A DNA stretch of 64,000 nt, taken from NCBI GenBank assembly GCA_963764165.1, contig CAVXRD010000002.1, positions 2,592,001 to 2,656,000 on the forward strand. The letters run 5' to 3'. Positions within the stretch are counted from its first letter, which is position 1, and the number at the start of each line of letters is the position of its first letter. A program made the position numbers and the translations under genes. The notes beneath the pieces are model-generated. The model saw nothing but the letters and a program-made list of their open reading frames with translations, made no database searches and had not been told where the DNA came from. Of the stretch, positions 57,167 to 64,000 are shown piece after piece. Source of the stretch: an uncultured Verrucomicrobiae bacterium. Lineage in GTDB: Bacteria; Verrucomicrobiota; Verrucomicrobiia; Limisphaerales; Palsa-1400.

Positions 57167-58384
57167 ATGCCCGTGTCCACCGTCACCCATTTGCCATCGT
57201 CCGTTTCAGCGCGTTCGAATGACGAAAGCGATGTGCTAATCAAGGCCGAGAATGTATCCAAGAAATTCTGCCGCAGCTTAAAAAAATCGCTGTGGTACGG
57301 GATGAAGGATATGGCGGCTGAATTGGCCGGGGGAAGCCGCCAGCACAACCAATTGCGCAAGGACGAATTTTGGGCGGTGAACGATATTTCATTCGAGCTG
57401 AAGCGGGGCGAGTGCCTGGGCCTGCTGGGCCGGAATGGCGCAGGAAAGACTACTCTGCTGAAGATGCTTAACGGCTTGGTTAAGCCGGACAAGGGGCAAA
57501 TTACGATCCATGGGAGAGTGGGCGCGTTAATCGCCCTGGGCGCGGGCTTCAATCCCATCCTGACTGGCCGGGAAAATATTTACGTGAATGCTTCGGTGCT
57601 TGGACTTACCAAGAGGGAGATAGACGAAAAGGTCGAAGAAATCATCGAATTCTCCGGCATTCGCGCATTCATCGACACACCTGTGCAAAATTACAGTTCT
57701 GGAATGCAGGTGAGATTGGGATTCGCCGTCGCCACCGCCCTTGACCCGGACGTTCTGCTGTTGGATGAGGTATTGGCGGTGGGCGACGCGGAATTTCGCG
57801 CCAAGTGTTATAACCGCGTCGCAAAACTGATGCGGAGGTCGGCCGTGATATTTGTCACGCATAGCATGGAACATATTGGGCAGATTTGCACGGATGCCTT
57901 GTTTCTTGCGAATGGATCGATCGTAGCAAAGGGTGATCCAGTGGAATGCATAAGGGAGTATGAAAAAGCCAACACCTCACCGTTGTCGAATGAGAGTTTC
58001 ACCCGCATCGAACCGCCAGTCTGCTCGTTCGAGTTGGAAATCCCTCTCGAAATCAACTATGGCGAAGGATTGCTGATACGTTGCAGCGCTAATTTGGACG
58101 CCGATATCTTCGGATGCTTCGCACGCGTCTCCTTTTACGGGCCTTCCGGCGGCATCGCGGCTGAGTACAGCACCGCCTCCTCCAATCAAACATTTGACCT
58201 CAAACAAGGCATGAATCATCTGAAGGTTCAAGTGCCCGCCATTTTGTTGAGAGATGGCAGTTACTCAATTGCGTTCGTGCTTCACGACAACAGTGGTTTT
58301 GCGAGTTTGGCCTTTTCGCGAAATCAATATGCCGTCCGAATTTCAGGAAGTCCGCAAGGGTTTGCAGATTACCTAATCACTTAG
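57167..58384 (+). CDS. wzt: ABC polysaccharide transporter ATPase with C-terminal Wzt carbohydrate-binding domain
   Basis: GRNGAGKT, YSSGMQVRLGFA, LLLDEVLAVGD; ~140-aa beta-rich C-terminal extension. Confidence 0.92.
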   Translation: MPVSTVTHLPSSVSARSNDESDVLIKAENVSKKFCRSLKKSLWYGMKDMAAELAGGSRQHNQLRKDEFWAVNDISFELKRGECLGLLGRNGAGKTTLLKMLNGLVKPDKGQITIHGRVGALIALGAGFNPILTGRENIYVNASVLGLTKREIDEKVEEIIEFSGIRAFIDTPVQNYSSGMQVRLGFAVATALDPDVLLLDEVLAVGDAEFRAKCYNRVAKLMRRSAVIFVTHSMEHIGQICTDALFLANGSIVAKGDPVECIREYEKANTSPLSNESFTRIEPPVCSFELEIPLEINYGEGLLIRCSANLDADIFGCFARVSFYGPSGGIAAEYSTASSNQTFDLKQGMNHLKVQVPAILLRDGSYSIAFVLHDNSGFASLAFSRNQYAVRISGSPQGFADYLIT

Positions 58385-58449
58385 GGAAGAACGTTAAGGG
58401 CACGCTTTTGAAAACGACGCGGAGAGGGCGGAGATAGAAAATTTAACTT

Positions 58450-59232
58450 ATGGCTTTAAATTCATCAGGCAATAAAAACAGCGGCGCGCCAGCCATGTTG
58501 CGAGTTTACTCGGGCGATAAGAAGGGCGCCACGGCATTCTTTCGAAATCGATGCTTTGTGGATACCATTAATTCGTGCCTTTTGCGCCTGAATCAGCCAA
58601 AAATCCGGGTGATGTTCCATTCTTGCTCCGTCGGCGCGGAGCCTTACAGCTTCGCAATAACCTGGCAGAACCAAAAGCAGCAGCCCCTCCCGGAATTGCG
58701 CATCGATACTACTGATATAGAACCTAATTTTGTGGAAACGGCGAAAAAGGCGCTCTACCAAGACCACATCTTAGAGTCCATGAGCGCGGATGAGCAGCGC
58801 TCGTTCGAGCGCGTCGGCGGAGATCAAGTCCGGCCCATAAAAAGCATCAGGGATATTATCACTTTCCGGGAGCCGTCATCCTTGCTGGATTTCGCGGCGG
58901 GGGATCCTTACGACGCAGTCTTTGCAATGAACGTGCTGACTTATTTGACGGAAGCCCAGCAAACCGAGGCCATACAAAAAATGGCACAGTATGCGCGGCA
59001 CTATTTGTGCGTCACCGCATTTCATCCCGATCAAATTCAGGCGGACATCCGCAAGATTGGTTTCGCCCCGGTCACTGACAACCTTGCGGAAATTCACAAT
59101 GCCTGGGGCGACAGGCTCCGGCCCGGCGGAGCCAAGAAGGGAACTCCGGAATACTCGTGGGTCTTGCCCGAATTCGAAACGGTTTCCAAGGATTTTGAAT
59201 GGCGGTATTGTGCCATATTCAGGCGCGTTTAG
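58450..59232 (+). CDS. CheR-like SAM-dependent methyltransferase domain protein
   Basis: TAFFRN, HSCSVGAEPYS, TDI....ETAKKALY, YDAVFAMNVLTY parallel the CheR motifs. Confidence 0.7.
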   Translation: MALNSSGNKNSGAPAMLRVYSGDKKGATAFFRNRCFVDTINSCLLRLNQPKIRVMFHSCSVGAEPYSFAITWQNQKQQPLPELRIDTTDIEPNFVETAKKALYQDHILESMSADEQRSFERVGGDQVRPIKSIRDIITFREPSSLLDFAAGDPYDAVFAMNVLTYLTEAQQTEAIQKMAQYARHYLCVTAFHPDQIQADIRKIGFAPVTDNLAEIHNAWGDRLRPGGAKKGTPEYSWVLPEFETVSKDFEWRYCAIFRRV

Positions 59233-59262
59233 CCCGCCTGCCGCTGAATCAGCAATATTCTC

Positions 59263-60465
59263 TTGAAAACCGTTTTGGCCAACGATACGAGCGGCACCAG
59301 CAACCCGGGGTGCCAAGGGACGGTTTATTGTTTGACAGAAGCTGCGCATCGGCACGGCTTGGATATTGTTTCACGTTTGCCAATCGGGTACGGTTATGAG
59401 GCTTTTTCGGACTGCTTCAAGCGCCCTCCACCGCCTTCGTTGGGCCGGAGAGTTTCGCGCCGCTTGCGCAGAGCTTGTGGCATTGCGCAAGAAAATCGCT
59501 CCATTTCAACTGAATCTGTCCGCCAGATAGACACTTTGAGATGGCATGAAGCGATAGCCAGGATGCGCGAACGGCTGGCTCCGGCTTGGGCCGATGTCGA
59601 TTTGCTTTTGGTCAATGGAGAAGGAACCATCCATCACGACAGCATAGGAGCGCTTGCCTTGAGCGGGCTTTGTGCCGCAGCCAAAGGGTTGAGAAAGCGC
59701 GTCGCGCTTGTCAACTGTTCCATCCTCGCGCTAAGTGAACCGCTCCTGGACACATTGCGCCAGTCGGTGGATTATTTCAGTGTCCGGGAACCGGTCACAT
59801 TCCGCTACCTCCGTGACTGCGACATTCCCGCGACTCAGTCCGCGGATTGCTTATTTCTCGCCAGCCAGCTTCCTGAAACGCATCATCCTGCCCCGCCGAG
59901 GCTGCCCAGCGGCGGGTCCTACGTGGTTTATACGCCAGGAGTTTTAACGGCCTGCGGGCAAATTAACGGCCAGACTATCAACGCCGACATCAAGGCCATT
60001 AGAAGTCTAGGTCACGACGTCGTGTACTATGTTGTTGAAATCGAGGACGAGCGATTCTGTTTGGAGGCGGCCCAGGCTGGCGCGTCGATTCTGCCTTTAG
60101 GCGCGCTGCGATGGAACCACGTTCAACGGCTATTGAGCGGCGCGGAATGGGTCGTTTCAGGACGCTACCATATCAATATCTTCTCGTCTCTGGCTGGCAC
60201 TCCATTCGTGCCGTTGGAAACAAACACGTCTAAAATGGGTGGCTTGCTCGAGCTTCTTGGCGAGCACGGATCGAAATCCATCAGGAGTTGGAAGAATGCG
60301 GAGTCGTCAGCCGATCTCCCCAGCCTGATCGGTCCTGGCGCGGGCATCAAGGTTTCAAATGGCAAAGTCAGGGAATGCGCAACTATGGCTGAGTTATCCG
60401 CTAGCTTTGCCACGCGCCCTGCGTTTGCGAAAACAACACCCCTGGCGCCGGCGAATAAATCATAA
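59263..60465 (+). CDS. Polysaccharide pyruvyl transferase family protein
   Basis: NPGC, LVNGEGTIHH, SVREPVT, SGRYH; TTG start. Confidence 0.75.
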   Translation: MKTVLANDTSGTSNPGCQGTVYCLTEAAHRHGLDIVSRLPIGYGYEAFSDCFKRPPPPSLGRRVSRRLRRACGIAQENRSISTESVRQIDTLRWHEAIARMRERLAPAWADVDLLLVNGEGTIHHDSIGALALSGLCAAAKGLRKRVALVNCSILALSEPLLDTLRQSVDYFSVREPVTFRYLRDCDIPATQSADCLFLASQLPETHHPAPPRLPSGGSYVVYTPGVLTACGQINGQTINADIKAIRSLGHDVVYYVVEIEDERFCLEAAQAGASILPLGALRWNHVQRLLSGAEWVVSGRYHINIFSSLAGTPFVPLETNTSKMGGLLELLGEHGSKSIRSWKNAESSADLPSLIGPGAGIKVSNGKVRECATMAELSASFATRPAFAKTTPLAPANKS

Positions 60466-60489
60466 AGCCATGGGGTCAAGCCTTAGAGC

Positions 60490-61704
60490 GTGAAGATACG
60501 GCTCGCCACTCCCGAGAGCGCCGCGCGCTATCAGCACTATAAGACAGTGGTGGAGGCGCCGGAGTTTGAATGGCTTGGAACCATAGAAGCCCCATACTCA
60601 AGCTTCCGCGATGCCCAGGGAATCGTCATCAGCGATGAGTGGCACAATCCTACTCGCCTCGCCATTGCCGAATGCAAAAAGCAAAAGATTCCGGTATTTC
60701 ATATTATCGATGGCATTCTCGAATGGAGAAATCTCTTCGAACATTCGCGTTCCGTGGATCCAAAAAAGGGCAGCCCGCTTTTCCAGCCGGTCCTCGCGGA
60801 TCATACCTTCTGCATGGGAGCTTTCCAGAAATGGCAATTGGAATGGCTCGGCAACGCCTCGATTCATCCAAGCGGGCTGCCCCGGCTCGATGGCATAAAA
60901 GTGGCGCCTTGCCGATCAAGGGCGGCCTCGGATCCTCCCCGGCTGCTGGTCGCCACCGCCAACACCCCGTGGTTCGACGCCGCGCAGCATCGGCGGTTTA
61001 CTGTGGAGTTCTCGCATTTGGCCGAGCTTTGCCTTAGAGAGACAGCGCGTCCAAGGCCTGATTTCCAATGCACATGGCGCATCGCTGCGGATGCGGCGTC
61101 CCCGTTGGGGCTGTCGCCGGATAGTTCCGGTACCGCCGCCGCCGCTCTTGCGGCATGCGATGGGCTCCTGACAACTCCCTCCACCCTTGCGGTCGAAGCC
61201 ATGCTCGCTGGAGTGCCGACTTTGATATTTGATCCATTTGCCTGTCCGGGATTTATCCCATCGGCATGGCATGCGACCTCCGCTGAAACCGCCTTTGGGC
61301 TGATCCCCTCGCTGCTTCGCCCCGCTGAGGAGCGATGCCGCCTCCAAGATTCTCTGCGAAGCCTGATGACGCCTTCGGACCAAGCGGCATCCGAACGCGT
61401 TCGCAACTGCATTCTTCAAGTCGTTCGCAATGGATGCGCTCCCCCGCCCGCCGCGGCAGAACCGATGTTCGCGGGAAAAGGCAGCCCATTGCACGATTTC
61501 GCCTCGAAAGGCTTTCCTCCGCATTTTTCTCCGGCTGACATTCACGGCTTGCTGGCAAGTCTTCCCTCGCTGGATGCGAAAATTGCGAGTCAACAGCAGC
61601 GCATTGAAGAACTTCAGCGGCAGCTTTACACGCCAAGTTTAAAGGATGGCGTTCGCGCTCTGTTGCGCGGATTTGCGAATACGTTTAGGACACCCGGCAA
61701 GTGA
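60490..61704 (+). CDS. Hypothetical GT-B-like protein in polysaccharide cluster
   Basis: DGILEWRN, SGLPRLD, TTPSTLAVEAML.GVP. Confidence 0.6.
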   Translation: MKIRLATPESAARYQHYKTVVEAPEFEWLGTIEAPYSSFRDAQGIVISDEWHNPTRLAIAECKKQKIPVFHIIDGILEWRNLFEHSRSVDPKKGSPLFQPVLADHTFCMGAFQKWQLEWLGNASIHPSGLPRLDGIKVAPCRSRAASDPPRLLVATANTPWFDAAQHRRFTVEFSHLAELCLRETARPRPDFQCTWRIAADAASPLGLSPDSSGTAAAALAACDGLLTTPSTLAVEAMLAGVPTLIFDPFACPGFIPSAWHATSAETAFGLIPSLLRPAEERCRLQDSLRSLMTPSDQAASERVRNCILQVVRNGCAPPPAAAEPMFAGKGSPLHDFASKGFPPHFSPADIHGLLASLPSLDAKIASQQQRIEELQRQLYTPSLKDGVRALLRGFANTFRTPGK

Positions 61705-62951
61705 AGATTTGCCATGTGTCATCGGCTCCGTTCAATGGAGGTGCTCAAAGGGCTGGTTTGCGCCTTCACCAGGGACTATGCCGCACCGACGGCATCGAGT
61801 CGCTCTGGCTGGATGCGGGTGGTTTGCCAGACGCGCCCTGTGCAAAGCATCTGGACGCTCCCAGCGAACCAGCCCCCTTGGGGACTCGAATCCGACGCTT
61901 GAATTGGCGTCGCAATCTTCTTCGAAGATTTGCCGGAACAAAAACCCCTTTTAGTAATCCGTTCGGCTGGGGCAATCCATCCATTCTCAAGAACATCCCG
62001 GTGCCGGAGGTATGGAACCTTCACTGGGTATCGCATTTTCTCGATTGGGAGCACCTGCTGCCGTGGATGGCGGAACAGGCGCCGATTGTCTGGACTCTGC
62101 ACGACATGAATCCGCTGATGGGTGTCTGGCACTATGTTCCATTCGACGAGGAATGGACCGCGCAACGCAGGCAAATGGAGCAAGAGGCCGTCGAATTTAA
62201 GAGAAACGCGATTTCCCGCATTCCAAAGGATCGATTGACCTTTGTCGGACCTTCGGTGTGGATGGCTGAATTGTGTCGTCAAAGTCCGGTTACGCAAGGG
62301 TTTCCAGCGATCCATATCCCCTATGGGCTTGATACCAAAGTTTTCACGCCAAAAGACAAAATGGTGGTTCGGTCCATGTTCGGCATTCCCAGCGAAATGC
62401 CTGTCATCGGCTTCGTCGCCGACATCGTCACCGATCCGAGAAAGGGCATGCCGCAACTGGAATCGGCCATTCGCGCGCTGCCTTCATCCTTGCCTGTGCA
62501 TGTGCTCACGGTTGGCCATGGCCACGCGCCCGCATTCAGTGTTCCTCATAATCATTTGGGCCCGCTCCAAAGTGACGTCCTTCTTTCCTTTTTCTACTCG
62601 GCGTGCGACGCATTCATCTGCCCGTCCCTGCAAGACAATCTTCCCAACACGGTGCTGGAGTCCATGGCCTGCGGAACGCCGGTAATCGCTTATCAAACAG
62701 GGGGATTGCCCGACATGGTGAGAAATGGCCAATCAGGCGCGGTCGTGAAGCCAGTGGCGGACAGCGAAGCGCTTGCGACAGCCATTTCCAATCTTCTGTC
62801 CAACCCAAAGTTGGGGCAAGAACTCCGGGGAAGAGCCCGGGCCATAGCAGTGGCGGAATATGAGCTTGGAGTCCAAAGCCGGTGTTACATGGAACTTTAC
62901 GAAAGCATGCGTGGTCGTGTTCTTGCTTCATCCGGCGGCCGGGCCAAGTGA
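61701..62951 (+). CDS. Glycosyltransferase family 4 (WcaC-like)
   Basis: GGA.RA, NLHWV, VWTLHDM, DPRKG, PSLQDNLPNTVLESMACGTP. Confidence 0.9.
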   Translation: MKICHVSSAPFNGGAQRAGLRLHQGLCRTDGIESLWLDAGGLPDAPCAKHLDAPSEPAPLGTRIRRLNWRRNLLRRFAGTKTPFSNPFGWGNPSILKNIPVPEVWNLHWVSHFLDWEHLLPWMAEQAPIVWTLHDMNPLMGVWHYVPFDEEWTAQRRQMEQEAVEFKRNAISRIPKDRLTFVGPSVWMAELCRQSPVTQGFPAIHIPYGLDTKVFTPKDKMVVRSMFGIPSEMPVIGFVADIVTDPRKGMPQLESAIRALPSSLPVHVLTVGHGHAPAFSVPHNHLGPLQSDVLLSFFYSACDAFICPSLQDNLPNTVLESMACGTPVIAYQTGGLPDMVRNGQSGAVVKPVADSEALATAISNLLSNPKLGQELRGRARAIAVAEYELGVQSRCYMELYESMRGRVLASSGGRAK

Positions 62952-62961
62952 AGACACTCAT

Positions 62962-64000
62962 ATGACTGCGGGCTTCATTTCTGAGATGTCGGCGAATCCA
63001 GTTCATGGAGGAGGCATCACTTTGCATCGCGTGCTGGGAGAAGACTTGGAACGGTTCGATTGGTTCGCGATGACCCTCCATTACCCGGCGCAAAAGCGGC
63101 CTGAATACAAGGCGCGCCAGCGGAATCATTGTTATCCGTGGTGGGACATTCAGTCATTTCTGCGTCCGATCACCGGATCCAGCCTGGCAAATCGCGTCTC
63201 GTTTCATCCGCTGATGCGGGCAGCTTTCGCCCGCATTGTTGCGCGTCGTTTGCTTCGCGCGCAGCCCGGAATTCTTGGATCTCGCATGCTAGTCTGCCCC
63301 CAGGCGGACATCACGATTCCGGTGTTGGAGGAGTTGAGGCGGCTGGCCCGGATTAGTTATGTGACATGGGTGATGGATGACCACTTGCTCAAGTGGAAGG
63401 GGGGCGAATGGGTTTATCCCAATGGCTTTGAGGGGAAAATGGGACGGCATCTGCGTGAAGCGGAAAAGGTGTATGTGATCAGCCCCGCCATGCGGGAGTT
63501 TTACAAAACCCGCTTTGGCGTCGACTCAACCGTTTTGTGCGGGCCCGCCAGCCCGGGAATCCCGCCGCAACCGCCTATTCAATCCGGCGGAATTCTCCGG
63601 CTAGCCTATTTTGGAAGCCTGGGGCCATGGCAAAATGACGCGATGGAACTGCTTGCCCCCGCGCTTAACCGCCGCGAAATTGCATTGGATGTCTTCTGTC
63701 ATAACCCAGAGGCAATGCCGCCGGCGATTAAAACCGCCGGCGCCCAACTGCGCTCCGGCGTTGCCGCAAAAGACGTTTTGGCCCTGTGCGGCAGCTACGA
63801 CGGAGTCGTCCTTCCCATTAGCTTCAAGGATGAACTGCGGAACATGAGCTACTTTAACATTGCCACGAAGTTTTCGGAGTGCCTGGCATCAGGAGTGCCG
63901 ACCGTGATTATTGGGCCGTCCGATGCCGTCATGGTGAAGATCGCCGCAGCCGGCCAAGCCGCCGTGATCGTCGACACCTACAGTCCCGACGCCGTCACGC
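62962..64000 (+). CDS. Glycosyltransferase, GT4-like (3'-truncated by window edge; not in the ORF track)
   Basis: Open frame from ATG 62962 to the end: VHGGGITL..., WVMDD, ISPAMREFY, YFGSL, IATKFSECLASGVP. Confidence 0.8.
   Translation, partial: MTAGFISEMSANPVHGGGITLHRVLGEDLERFDWFAMTLHYPAQKRPEYKARQRNHCYPWWDIQSFLRPITGSSLANRVSFHPLMRAAFARIVARRLLRAQPGILGSRMLVCPQADITIPVLEELRRLARISYVTWVMDDHLLKWKGGEWVYPNGFEGKMGRHLREAEKVYVISPAMREFYKTRFGVDSTVLCGPASPGIPPQPPIQSGGILRLAYFGSLGPWQNDAMELLAPALNRREIALDVFCHNPEAMPPAIKTAGAQLRSGVAAKDVLALCGSYDGVVLPISFKDELRNMSYFNIATKFSECLASGVPTVIIGPSDAVMVKIAAAGQAAVIVDTYSPDAVT

Overview
64 kb of GC-rich bacterial chromosome, most likely Verrucomicrobiota subdivision 3 (Pedosphaera-like). 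This is inferred from the ECF sigma factor with a C-terminal TM extension, a prepilin-type/H-X9-DG-like protein, a planctomycete-type cytochrome c, a PQQ-like beta-propeller and a PA14/OB-repeat kinase. Left to right: (i) housekeeping genes (MoeB-type rhodanese end, GNAT, NUDIX-like protein, ispH-dgt-cytochrome c); (ii) an OmpR/HK pair followed by a YHYH protein and an MbnP-MbnH di-heme fusion, with a shared direct-repeat box upstream of both units; (iii) PQQ sugar dehydrogenase, cytochrome c and ApbE, then kdpDE without kdpABC, Prc protease and a stand-alone Clp N-domain protein; (iv) a partly decayed alpha-mannoside utilisation region (collapsed GH92, frameshifted GH38-like gene, intact GH92, secreted proteins). 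Three of its promoters share a TTGGCAC-N15-TTGGCAC-N9-T[CG]GACA motif and flank a kinase plus an unusual REC-pseudokinase-REC-AraC regulator; (v) the start of a wzm/wzt polysaccharide cluster containing a CheR-like methyltransferase. Intergenic DNA carries at least five palindromic repeat families, including a REP doublet inserted in-frame into the MbnH domain and a MITE nested in a REP. No rRNA, tRNA, CRISPR array or transposase gene was recognised. All family calls are by-eye motif recognition, not database hits.
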